Notes under the pieces: model-generated | What the model was told of the DNA's origin: nothing | Database searches by the model: none | Seen by the model: the letters and a program-made list of their open reading frames with translations, nothing else | NCBI GenBank assembly: GCA_903847975.1 | Contig: CAINFC010000242.1 | Location: 13,187-77,186 of the forward strand | Length of the DNA stretch: 64,000 bases | Reading direction: 5' to 3' | Origin: an uncultured Acidobacteriota bacterium | GTDB taxonomy: Bacteria; Acidobacteriota; UBA6911; CAINFC01 | Translations under genes and position numbers: made by a program | Shown here: piece after piece, positions 1 to 9,223 of the stretch | How positions within the stretch are numbered: the first letter of the stretch is position 1 | Layout of the letters: every line of letters begins with the position of its first letter

Positions 1-2
1 TT

Positions 3-224
3 CAGAGGACGCTGCCGGTCTACCGGCAACCCGAATCCGGCTGGGGAATGGCCCACTTCCTGTCCGGGAAAAAGCGCCTTGGCGAGATCTCCTGGCCCAC
101 CTTCCGGTTTAACCTGGCGGCCATTGCTGCGCTCACGGTTCTGCTCTACCTTCTTTTGTGGGCTCGCGTCCTGCCCTCGCTCATCGGCGATGCGACCAAC
201 GGTCGCTTCCGGAACCGTACATAA
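3..224 (+). CDS. 3' end of a membrane protein (partial, runs off the window start)
   Basis: Open frame from 3 to TAA at 222-224; ends in a hydrophobic stretch (LAAIAALTVLLYLLLWARVL). Confidence 0.55.
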   Translation, partial: QRTLPVYRQPESGWGMAHFLSGKKRLGEISWPTFRFNLAAIAALTVLLYLLLWARVLPSLIGDATNGRFRNRT

Positions 225-266
225 GGCAAACCGTCAAAAAGCCGCCCTCTCATTTCAGAAAGCCAT

Positions 267-343
267 GCCGCTCTTCTTCCCGCTCTTCCTTTCTTCCTGT
301 AAGCCAAATCATTTCACAAGAAGAAGGTAAAATCAGGAAGGAA
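267..343. repeat. Dispersed ~80-bp REP-like imperfect palindrome, copy A
   Basis: Reverse complement aligns by eye with 43482-43561 (CTTCCTGA...TGTGA...GAAAGGAAGAGCGG). Confidence 0.6.
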
Positions 344-441
344 GAAAGAAGCAATCATCTAATTTCGGATGGGGAGAGGGACTTTTTTCCGGGCCATCCC
401 ACAAAGGCAGCCCGGCAAAAGGCGCCGGGAAGCGGCGGCGG

Positions 442-1518
442 TCAAAGCCGGATGCGCTTCCCGGTAGCGGCAGACTTTCGAGCCGCATCCAGGATTTCCG
501 TGACCACCAGGTTATTCTCCAGGGAAGACAAGCCGCAAGGTTTTAGTTTCCCGCGGATCACAGCGGCAAAATAAGAAAGAAAGTCGTCTTCCGGCGGGGG
601 AATCGGATCGGCCGCCTTCAGTTCCTCCTGCCCTCCGGGAAGGCGCACTTTGACCTGCTCGTTCCGGACGGTGTGCACGTACCCTGTCTGCCCGTATACT
701 TCCATATCCTTGCGATCGAAAGGCCAGTTCCAGGAAGCCTGGATGATCCCCTGGGCGCGCGGATACTCCACCAGGATGGTGGCTTCATCCTCCACGCGGG
801 TGTAAATCTCCGGCTTGATCCGCTGCGCAAGGGCAGTGACGGAAAGCGGCCGGCGCCCGTCCATGAGCCAGGTCATCAGGTTGGCCCCGTAGCAGCCGAA
901 ATCGAAAAGCGCGCCGGCCCCGTTTTTCACCGGGTCGTTGAGCCATCCGAAAAATTCCGGCTGTGTGCCGATCTCCTTCGGCCCGCGGTGCCCGTCGTGC
1001 ACCACCATCTTGCGGATTTCCCCGATGGCCTTCTGCTCGCAGGCAATCTTCCAGGCGGCCCGGTTGCTGCGGTACCAGGTGGTTTCATAGTTGACCAGCA
1101 CCGGGATCCCCGCCCGGGAAGATGCCTGGTGCATTTCCCGGGCGTGCTCCACGCTGACCGCCAGCGGCTTTTCCATCATCACCGGGAGCTTCCGGGCAGC
1201 CGCGGCCTGGACCAGGGCCAGGTGGTCGAAGGTGTTGGTAAACAGGACCACCCCCTGCGGCCCGGTCCGGTCCATCATTTCGGTATGCGAGGCAAACAGC
1301 CGGTTCGCTTCCAGGTGGAACTGCCCGGCATACCGCTGACGCACCGCGGAATCCGGTTCGGAGATCCCGACGATGCGGACCTGGGGGTGGCTCAGGTACC
1401 GGCGGAAAAAGCCGGCGGCATGTCCGTGCATCAGTCCGGCCATGCCGATACGCACCGGTTCCCCGGCCCAGGCCGCTGCCAGGCCAGCCGGTGTCAGGAT
1501 AAAGCTTCGTCGGTTCAT
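442..1518 (-). CDS. Gfo/Idh/MocA family oxidoreductase with Tat-like leader
   Basis: MNRRSFIL leader; EKPLA motif; GALFDFGCYG. Confidence 0.9.
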   Translation of the reverse strand: MNRRSFILTPAGLAAAWAGEPVRIGMAGLMHGHAAGFFRRYLSHPQVRIVGISEPDSAVRQRYAGQFHLEANRLFASHTEMMDRTGPQGVVLFTNTFDHLALVQAAAARKLPVMMEKPLAVSVEHAREMHQASSRAGIPVLVNYETTWYRSNRAAWKIACEQKAIGEIRKMVVHDGHRGPKEIGTQPEFFGWLNDPVKNGAGALFDFGCYGANLMTWLMDGRRPLSVTALAQRIKPEIYTRVEDEATILVEYPRAQGIIQASWNWPFDRKDMEVYGQTGYVHTVRNEQVKVRLPGGQEELKAADPIPPPEDDFLSYFAAVIRGKLKPCGLSSLENNLVVTEILDAARKSAATGKRIRL

Positions 1519-1545
1519 ATGCTTCCTGCTTTCCGGCTCCGCCCC

Positions 1546-2922
1546 TTAGGTGACGATTCCCAGCGGCTTGACGTTTTTCCACATTCCCCCGGTAAAATCG
1601 GGGATGTCCATCGAGGTGCTGCGCCTGGCAATCGACTGCTCGCTCAGGGGGCCGACCGCCGACCAGGCGGCCGCATCGTACACATCCTGGTCCAGCGGCT
1701 CACCGTTCCTCAGGCAGTAAACCATGCGCCACAGCATCAGCCAATCCATGCCCCCATGGCCTCCGCCGCTCTGGGCCAGCTCGCCCATTTTTTTCCAGAG
1801 CGGATGCTCGTACTTTTCCTGGAAGGGTTTGAGCTGCTCTCCGCTCACCCAGGCATGCGTATTCGGGGTCAACTCCTCCACCGCCAGGCGCGGAGGATAC
1901 CCGGCAAAGGTTCCCTTGGTTCCCTGTATCAGGTTGAGCCGCGAATAGGGTCGCGGCGAAGTTTCATCCCACTGCACCATCAGGGACCGCCCTTTGGCCG
2001 TTTTGATCAGGGTGGTGACCATGTCCCCGCAATTCCAGACGCTGATCTTGTTCCACTTGTGGTCCGGGGGATACTTCTTTTTGGCGTACAGCGGCCGTCC
2101 CAGGGCCGGCGAAGCCACCGCAGAAAGGTAGTCGAACCGGTCGCCGCGATTGATTCCCAGGTACTGGGCCACCGGGCCCAGGCCGTGGGTCGGATAGAGA
2201 TTTCCGTTCCGCCTGGCATAGTGCAGGGTGCGCCAGGATCCGGTACCATGCTCCACTTCCTGCATCTGCGACCGGAGGTCGTGAATATACGATCCTTCGG
2301 CATGCAGCAGATCCCCGAAAACTCCCTGCCGGCACATGTTCAGGCACATCAGCTCTTCCTGCCCGTAGCAGCAGTTTTCCATCATCATGCAATATTTCCG
2401 GGTCTTCTCCGATACCTTGACCAGCTTCCAGCATTCCTCCACGCTGAGTGCCGCAGGAACTTCGGTGAAGGCGTGCTTGCCGGATTCCATGGCATCCACG
2501 CACATGGTCGCATGCCATTCCCACGGCGTGGCGATGATCACGATGTCGATATCCTTGCGCTCCAGCATGCGCTTGTAATCCGTGTCCCCGTTTCCGAAGG
2601 CAGCCGGCTCCTTCCGCCCGCTCTTGACCACATTGGCCACGGATCTTTGCAGAGAAGGCGGATGGTTGTCGCAGATAGCCACGATTTCCACTCCCTGCAG
2701 GGTCATCATCTGGCGCACGTGGCCGCTGCCCCGGGCTCCGACGCCGATAAAAGCCGCTCGGACCACCGGCAGGGCGGAAGCCCGGAAGCCGGCCATGCTT
2801 CCCTCCTGAGGGCCTGCCGCCGCCCTGGCGTCACGGGAGGAGACGGCAGCCGCGGCCAGCCCCGCGCCGGCCTGGCCCACGGCCTGAAAAAAGTCGCGTC
2901 TGTTCTTGTTCGATTCGTTCAT
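1546..2922 (-). CDS. GH109 NAD-dependent alpha-N-acetylgalactosaminidase-like protein (Tat)
   Basis: NRRDFF leader; GVGARG, ATPWEWH, EVPAA, YPTHGLGP, GGHGGMD motifs; start placed at ATG 2922. Confidence 0.9.
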   Translation of the reverse strand: MNESNKNRRDFFQAVGQAGAGLAAAAVSSRDARAAAGPQEGSMAGFRASALPVVRAAFIGVGARGSGHVRQMMTLQGVEIVAICDNHPPSLQRSVANVVKSGRKEPAAFGNGDTDYKRMLERKDIDIVIIATPWEWHATMCVDAMESGKHAFTEVPAALSVEECWKLVKVSEKTRKYCMMMENCCYGQEELMCLNMCRQGVFGDLLHAEGSYIHDLRSQMQEVEHGTGSWRTLHYARRNGNLYPTHGLGPVAQYLGINRGDRFDYLSAVASPALGRPLYAKKKYPPDHKWNKISVWNCGDMVTTLIKTAKGRSLMVQWDETSPRPYSRLNLIQGTKGTFAGYPPRLAVEELTPNTHAWVSGEQLKPFQEKYEHPLWKKMGELAQSGGGHGGMDWLMLWRMVYCLRNGEPLDQDVYDAAAWSAVGPLSEQSIARRSTSMDIPDFTGGMWKNVKPLGIVT

Positions 2923-3079
2923 AAAAGAAATCTCCTGATTGATTTTTCCGGGAATAAACCGAATGATGATTACACTTTTCCCGTTTCTTTTCCAGACGCG
3001 AGGCGGATTCAATCCCTCCCATGTTTGACTTGGCTTCCCGGGTATGATATTTGTAATTTTCTTTGGGAGGAATTGGGTT

Positions 3080-3793
3080 ATGCATCGTAAATTTCGTATC
3101 GCTGTTCTGGTTTTCACCTTTTTACCGGCTTTCCTGATCGCCGAGGAGCTGCCGAAAGACGCGGAAAGCAACGTCCCGGAATTGACCGCCTTTCACGAAG
3201 TAATCTATCCGATCTGGCACACGGCCTTCCCCGCCAAGGATGCCGCGGCATTGCGCTCTTACCTGAAAGAGGTCAATGCCGGCTTCGCCCGGATCGAAAA
3301 AGCCAGGCTGCCCGGCATCCTGCATGAAAAGCAGACGGCCTGGGACAAAGGGCTGGCGGAGCTGAAGGGCGCCGTGGCCGGCTACAACCAGGCGGCCGGC
3401 GCGAAGGACGATGCCGCCCTGCTGAAAGCCGCCGAGGACCTTCATTCGCGTTACGAGCAGATGGTCCGCATCATCCGGCCGGTGCTGAAAGAGATGGACG
3501 CCTTTCACCGGGTCCTTTACGTGGTTTTCCACACCTATCTGCCCGGGAAAAGCTGGGATAAAATCGCTGCGGCCTCCACCGACCTGCAGACCAAGGCGGA
3601 AGCCATCGCCAAGGCGAAGCTCCCGCAGCGCCTGGAGGCGCGCACCCCTGCCTTCCAAAAGGCTGCCGAATCCCTGCTGGCCGAGTGCAGAAAGCTGCCG
3701 GAAGCAACCCGGGGAAACGATCCGGTGGCCAGCGAAAAGGGGGTGAATGCCGTGCACACCGCCTACCAGGCCCTGGAAAAGGTTTTTGAATAG
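3080..3793 (+). CDS. Secreted alpha-helical protein with an internal duplication of His motifs
   Basis: GGAGG upstream; signal peptide; AFH-x7-H and H-x2-Y each occur twice. Confidence 0.8.
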   Translation: MHRKFRIAVLVFTFLPAFLIAEELPKDAESNVPELTAFHEVIYPIWHTAFPAKDAAALRSYLKEVNAGFARIEKARLPGILHEKQTAWDKGLAELKGAVAGYNQAAGAKDDAALLKAAEDLHSRYEQMVRIIRPVLKEMDAFHRVLYVVFHTYLPGKSWDKIAAASTDLQTKAEAIAKAKLPQRLEARTPAFQKAAESLLAECRKLPEATRGNDPVASEKGVNAVHTAYQALEKVFE

Positions 3794-3817
3794 CATTCCC
3801 CAATCCGGAGGACCGTC

Positions 3818-6727
3818 ATGAAAAGGAGCTTCTGCGCCGTTGTTCTGCTGTCGATGCTATGGATGCCGTTCGGGCCCGCCCTGTATGCCCAGGAAACGAC
3901 GAGCATCACCGTTACCTACAAGAATCTGCCGGTCCGCTACACCGCCGGCGGGCGAACGCTGCAGCAGGTACTGGCCATCTACACCGCGGAAAAAGAGGGG
4001 ACCGCCGTATTTTCCGTCGACGGGAAAGAGGTGCGGAGCGCCAACTTTAAAAAAGGAAAGAACCAGTTCGTGCTGGAAGTGGGTGCGGTCGAAGAGCCAA
4101 AAACGATCCGTATTTCCGCCCGCCTCGATCCCCCTTCGGCGGTGCTGGAATCCTCTTTGACACTGACGCCTCCACGGCGGTGGCAGGTCTATTTCGTGCA
4201 GCATTCCCACACGGACATCGGCTACACCCGCCCGCAGTCGGAAATCCTGGCGGAGCACATGCGCTATATCGACTACGCCCTGGACTACTGCGACCAGACG
4301 GACAGCCTTCCGGATGACGCGCGCTTCCGCTGGACCTGCGAGTCGGCCTGGGTTACGCGGGAGTACCTGCGCTCCCGGCCCGCCTCCCAGGTCGAACGGT
4401 TGAAAAAGAGAATCCGCGAGGGTCGGGTGGAAGTGACCGGCATGTATTGCAACATGGCGGAAACGGCCGACGAGAACCTGATGGTCGACTTCCTGCAGCC
4501 TCTCCGGGAATTTGAGCGCCAGGAAATACCGGTGCAGACCGCCATGCAGAACGATGTCAACGGAATCGCCTGGTGCCTGCCCGACTATTTCAAGGGAACC
4601 GGAGTCAAGTACCTGGACATGGGTATCAACGAAACGCGCTCGATTCTGCCCTTCGACCAGCCGACCTGCTTCTGGTGGGAATCCCCATCCGGAGCGCGCC
4701 TGCTGGCTTTTCGGGCCGACCACTACCATACCGGCAATTTTTACGGGCTGGTTTCGGAACCGTTCAAGCCGGAGGCCATGCTGGAGCACCTGGCCGACCT
4801 GGAGTCCGGGAAATACCCGTTCGATCGGATCGCCATCCAGTACTCCGGCTACTGGACCGACAATGCCCCGCCCTCCACCGCGGCTTGCCAGGTGGTCAGG
4901 GAGTGGAATGCGCGCTATGAATTCCCCAAGCTGCGGCTGGCGGTGGCCCGCGAGTTTTTCGAATATGTAGAGCAGAACCACGGCTCGCGGTTGCCGGTTC
5001 ATCGCCAGGCATGGCTTGACTGGTGGACGGACGGCGCCGGATCCACTTCGCGGGAAACCGCGGAAATCCGGAAAACCCAGAACCTGATCCAGGTGGATGA
5101 AGGTCTTTTCGCCATGATCTCCGCGCTGGGCGGGGAACTTGGGCCAGCCCTGGAAAACCGCCTGGACCACATCAACGAGAATGCCATTTTCTTCGACGAA
5201 CACACTTTCGGCGCCGACGAAAGCATCAGCCGGCCGTTCTCGGAAAACACCACACGGCAGTGGCTGCAAAAGGGCGCCTATGCCTGGGAAGCCCTGAAAA
5301 AAGTGACCCTGCTTCATGAGGAGGCGCTGGCCCGTTTCCAGGACTTCCTGCCCAAGGCCACCCATCCACTGATTTACGTGATCAATTCCATGGGCTGGAA
5401 GCGGTCGGGACATATCGAGCTCTTCATAGACAACCAGGTAATGCCGGTGGAGAAGAAGTGCCGGATCCTCGATATGGCCGGCGGGAAGGAGGTTCCGGCC
5501 CAGCTGATTGGCAAGCGCAGGGAAGGAGCCTACTGGGTGCTGGAGGTCGAAGATATTCCCGCACTGGGCTTCAAGGCTTTGAAAATCGAGGTGCTCGGCG
5601 ATGCTCCGTCGGAAGCAGACCGCGCCGCACCGGACGAGGCGCTGATCCTCGAGAACCGCTATTATCGCCTGAGCATGGACAAGGTAACCGGCGCCGTCAG
5701 CAGCCTTCGGGACAAGGAGCTGAACCTGGAGCTGGCCGACTCCTCCAACCCCTGGAAGATCGGACAGCTGGTCCATGAGACGCTCCCCAAGCGCGACCAG
5801 ATGAAGCCGTCCCACACCACGGTTTCCAACGTGAAAGTTGAACAAGGAACCCGGGGGCCGGTCTGGGACAGCCTTCGCGTTTCCGCCGACCTGGCCGGAT
5901 TCGAAGGGACATCGGGCAAAGATCCTGCCGGTATCGAGCTGGAAATCCGCCTCTTCCGGCAGGCCAAGAAGGTTGAGTTCCATTACTCGGCCCGCAAGCA
6001 GATACGGGTCGACCCGGAAGCCACCTATGTCGCTTTTCCTTTTTCCCTGCCGGAAGGCCAGATTGTTTTTGAAACCATCGGGGGAATACTGGCTCAGGGC
6101 CAGCAGCTTCCCGGGTCTTCTTCCGACTGGAACGTAGCGCAGAGCTTCGTGGCCGTCCGGGGAAGGAATGCTCAGATCATTCTGACCAGCAATGAAATCC
6201 CGCTGTGGCATTTCAGCGATTTCAATATGGGCAAGTTCGAACGTCATCCCCGGCCCGGAAAGCCCTGGCTGTTCTCCTGGGTGATGAACAATTACTGGTT
6301 CACCAATTTCCGTGCCTTCCAGGAAGGCGGGTTCCGCTGGAGCTATCAGCTGACATCCTCCGCCGACACCACCAACGGCACCGCAACCCGCTGGGCCTGG
6401 AATGAGCGGAATCCCTTCCCCACGCGGACCTTCCCGGCCGGCAGGTCGGAAGCCCCGGCCCCCGTCCTGGAAACGCTTCAGATCCAGTTGCCGCCGAACA
6501 TCCTGCTGGCCAACAGCCGCCCGGCTTTTCCGAAGAAATCGGCCGTATTGCTACGCTTCCGGGAACTGGAGGGGAAGCCGGGGGAAATCAGAGTCGGCTC
6601 GCGCATCCCGGGAAAACCTGTCCGGAGCGTCTCCGAAACAAATTCCCTGGGCAAGCTGTTGGCTTCATCCGGAACGTCGATCGCCATGAAGCCGTTCGAG
6701 GTTAAATTTATTGAAGTGCAGTTCTGA
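3818..6727 (+). CDS. GH38 (alpha-mannosidase-like) glycoside hydrolase
   Basis: GGAGG RBS; signal peptide; HSHTDIGY, DNAPP, DEHTFG, MNNYWFTNF. Confidence 0.85.
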   Translation: MKRSFCAVVLLSMLWMPFGPALYAQETTSITVTYKNLPVRYTAGGRTLQQVLAIYTAEKEGTAVFSVDGKEVRSANFKKGKNQFVLEVGAVEEPKTIRISARLDPPSAVLESSLTLTPPRRWQVYFVQHSHTDIGYTRPQSEILAEHMRYIDYALDYCDQTDSLPDDARFRWTCESAWVTREYLRSRPASQVERLKKRIREGRVEVTGMYCNMAETADENLMVDFLQPLREFERQEIPVQTAMQNDVNGIAWCLPDYFKGTGVKYLDMGINETRSILPFDQPTCFWWESPSGARLLAFRADHYHTGNFYGLVSEPFKPEAMLEHLADLESGKYPFDRIAIQYSGYWTDNAPPSTAACQVVREWNARYEFPKLRLAVAREFFEYVEQNHGSRLPVHRQAWLDWWTDGAGSTSRETAEIRKTQNLIQVDEGLFAMISALGGELGPALENRLDHINENAIFFDEHTFGADESISRPFSENTTRQWLQKGAYAWEALKKVTLLHEEALARFQDFLPKATHPLIYVINSMGWKRSGHIELFIDNQVMPVEKKCRILDMAGGKEVPAQLIGKRREGAYWVLEVEDIPALGFKALKIEVLGDAPSEADRAAPDEALILENRYYRLSMDKVTGAVSSLRDKELNLELADSSNPWKIGQLVHETLPKRDQMKPSHTTVSNVKVEQGTRGPVWDSLRVSADLAGFEGTSGKDPAGIELEIRLFRQAKKVEFHYSARKQIRVDPEATYVAFPFSLPEGQIVFETIGGILAQGQQLPGSSSDWNVAQSFVAVRGRNAQIILTSNEIPLWHFSDFNMGKFERHPRPGKPWLFSWVMNNYWFTNFRAFQEGGFRWSYQLTSSADTTNGTATRWAWNERNPFPTRTFPAGRSEAPAPVLETLQIQLPPNILLANSRPAFPKKSAVLLRFRELEGKPGEIRVGSRIPGKPVRSVSETNSLGKLLASSGTSIAMKPFEVKFIEVQF

Positions 6728-6739
6728 GGACCTCACCCC

Positions 6740-7147
6740 GTGAACAGCCGTCGTCATTTTATTCGTAACGCGGCATGCGGGCTGGCCGTCCTGCCCCAGC
6801 GGCCCGCCACCGCCTCTGTTGTGCAAAAAGGACCGAGGATGAAAAATCTTTTCGTGCACCATGTCTTTTTCTGGCTGAAGGAACCGAACAGCCCGGCCGC
6901 CCGTGAGGAATTGGAAAAAGGGCTGCAGGACCTGATCCGTATCCCCTTGATCCAATCGAGCCACATCGGCAGACCGGTGGAATCGAGCCGGGAGGTCGTG
7001 GATGATTCCTTCAGCTATTCCTATCTTGCCTTCTTCCGGAGCCGCCAGGACCAGGACGCCTACCAGGCTCATCCCGACCATTTGAAATTCGTCGAAAAAT
7101 GCCAGCACCTCTGGGCCAGGGTCCTGGTCTATGACGCCATGGATTAA
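6740..7147 (+). CDS. Dabb (stress-responsive A/B barrel) protein, possible Tat leader
   Basis: HHVFFWLK ... YQAHPDHLKF ... VYD; SRRHFI leader; alternative ATG at 6839. Confidence 0.85.
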   Translation: MNSRRHFIRNAACGLAVLPQRPATASVVQKGPRMKNLFVHHVFFWLKEPNSPAAREELEKGLQDLIRIPLIQSSHIGRPVESSREVVDDSFSYSYLAFFRSRQDQDAYQAHPDHLKFVEKCQHLWARVLVYDAMD

Positions 7148-7174
7148 GGGATTCTTTCCCTTGACGCAATCCTT

Positions 7175-9217
7175 TCATGGTTGCGGTATCGGCTCGGTCT
7201 TCAGCGGATCCACGCGATAGACGGTGGGAGCGATCCATGCCGGATGGGCGCCATCGGATCCGGAAATCCGGAAGGACAGTGTGACTACCTTTCCCACGTA
7301 GGCACGGAGGTCGATATCCTGGTAACGCCAGCCCCGGTCGCCGGCAGGGTATTCTGCCGGAAGAACGCCCTGAAACAGAGATATTTTATTTTTCTCCTCC
7401 GTAATCAGTTCCAGTTCGAAACGGTTCTCCCCTGACGGTCGGCTGCCGGATGTCAGCCCGTATCCCAGGTAAAGGCGATCCCATCGGACCTTACCGGTCA
7501 GGGAAACCTGGCAGGGCTTTCGGCAGCGGAGCAACTCGACGGACCTTCCGCCTGCAGCCGCTTCCATCCGCTCCATTCCCGATTCCGAGCGTTCCGCGGG
7601 AAAAAGCAGCGGCAGCAGGGGGACAATTGTCTCCTGGTCGGCCAGGTATCCCAGCCATCGCAGGCGGCTCAGGTGGACCGATTCCGGGAGCTGCCCCCAT
7701 ATCGTTCTCCCGGAAACGGACCGAAGATCCAGGAGTCCCAGAGCCTGGACCTGAACCGGGTCGAAGGGCAGTTTGGCATTCAGCCGGGCAATTTCCGGAG
7801 CTTTTTGCCAATGGCTGTAAATGGCTTCCGTCAGTTTGTTCTTTTCATAAGACGGGCTGCTACCGATTAATCCGCGCGTATCCCATACGGTCAGGAAGAA
7901 AACGGTTAAGGTCAGAAGAGCGCCGGATCCCGTCCGCCGGAAGGTCGGACCGGAGATCAGCCACGAGCACACTATTCCGACCGGAATCCAGATCAGCCCC
8001 AGAACCGGCAGGTAAAACCGGACTGCAGGAAAAAAATAAAATCCGTACAGAAAAGCCACCGCCAGGATCATATATGAATACGCCAGCCATATCCACAGAA
8101 ACGCATGGGATCCGGCCCTTCTATGGCGTATGACGTACAGACCGGATCCCAGGAAAAGGATGAAGGCAGCCGACGGCCAGAATAAGCCCAGGCCGTTTTC
8201 CGGCAGCCCGGGTATTCCCAGAAGAAGCCGGCAAGCCAGCTCGAGATGACCGACAAGCTCACCGTCCACCCTGTAATTGAATAACGGAACCCCCCGAAAA
8301 GCATAATTCCATTGAAAAGTCCGGGAAAGGCTCCGATAAAATTCAGGCGCCCAGTACTCGTAATTGGACCAGCGGGTCAAAGGGTAGCCACTCCGGTAGA
8401 GGACAAAAAGAACGGGCAGAGCGGCTGCTGCCGCCCCGCCGGCCAGTCGCGCCATCCTGGCCGTCCGATCTCCCCCATTCCTGGAAAGCATAAAATTGCC
8501 TGCTTCGAGAATCAGGACCAGGGGTATAAGAATCAGTCCGTTGGCTTGACGGATCGCCAGGGAAATTCCCAGGAAAATGCCGGCCGACACCTGAATCCAT
8601 GCCTGGTGGCCACGGTTTGCCTGGCTCCGGAGCAGTCCCAGCCACAGAAAAAGCAGGCAAAGATTGCTGCACAGGGCACCCATTTCATCGCTGAGCAGGT
8701 GGCGATCCAGGCTGAGGGAGGCGGGAGTAACGGCCCAACCCAGGCCACAGATCCAACCGGCACCGAAAGCCATGCGCCGGGAAGCTCTCCGTCCGCGCGG
8801 ACCCAGCCCCGCACCGCGGCAGGAGAGTGCGGCACAATAAGCCAGAAAGGCGATGACCACGGCGTTCATGGCCCCTGCCAGGGCGTTGACTCGCCAAAGG
8901 TGCTGTCCTTCTAAACCCAGCATCACGAAAAAAGACAGGAAAATCGAGAAGCCGGGGGAGTAGCGGGGCTGCAGCCGGTAAGGCCCCACCTGCAGAAAGT
9001 ACTTTCCGGTCTGGGCGATGGATTGGGCCCCCGCTGCATATTCCTGGCTGTCCGGGACGATGAAAAACGCATGGCCCCCGTCCGGATTAACCACGCTCCA
9101 GCGGATCAGCATGGCCAGAGGAAAAATCAGCAGGAAAAGCAGCAGCCAGTCCGGAAGGATATTCCGCTCAAATCCGGCAAAGCAGTCCTCCGAGGTCTTC
9201 TCCGGAAGGGGATTCAT
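7175..9217 (-). CDS. Polytopic membrane protein, GT-C/GT39-like glycosyltransferase with a C-terminal soluble domain
   Basis: PDSQEY after TM1, YSPGFS, LSDE, many TM segments; C-terminal DIDLRAYVGKVVTLSF. Confidence 0.6.
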   Translation of the reverse strand: MNPLPEKTSEDCFAGFERNILPDWLLLFLLIFPLAMLIRWSVVNPDGGHAFFIVPDSQEYAAGAQSIAQTGKYFLQVGPYRLQPRYSPGFSIFLSFFVMLGLEGQHLWRVNALAGAMNAVVIAFLAYCAALSCRGAGLGPRGRRASRRMAFGAGWICGLGWAVTPASLSLDRHLLSDEMGALCSNLCLLFLWLGLLRSQANRGHQAWIQVSAGIFLGISLAIRQANGLILIPLVLILEAGNFMLSRNGGDRTARMARLAGGAAAAALPVLFVLYRSGYPLTRWSNYEYWAPEFYRSLSRTFQWNYAFRGVPLFNYRVDGELVGHLELACRLLLGIPGLPENGLGLFWPSAAFILFLGSGLYVIRHRRAGSHAFLWIWLAYSYMILAVAFLYGFYFFPAVRFYLPVLGLIWIPVGIVCSWLISGPTFRRTGSGALLTLTVFFLTVWDTRGLIGSSPSYEKNKLTEAIYSHWQKAPEIARLNAKLPFDPVQVQALGLLDLRSVSGRTIWGQLPESVHLSRLRWLGYLADQETIVPLLPLLFPAERSESGMERMEAAAGGRSVELLRCRKPCQVSLTGKVRWDRLYLGYGLTSGSRPSGENRFELELITEEKNKISLFQGVLPAEYPAGDRGWRYQDIDLRAYVGKVVTLSFRISGSDGAHPAWIAPTVYRVDPLKTEPIPQP

Positions 9218-9223
9218 GGGCGA

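Noticed and set aside
673-3090. 805-aa plus-strand ORF (likewise 3857-6247 -, 13613-15538 -, 22620-24662 -, 26377-28689 +, 33785-35674 +)
   Set aside because: Antisense shadows of well-supported genes in GC-rich DNA; no recognisable motifs.
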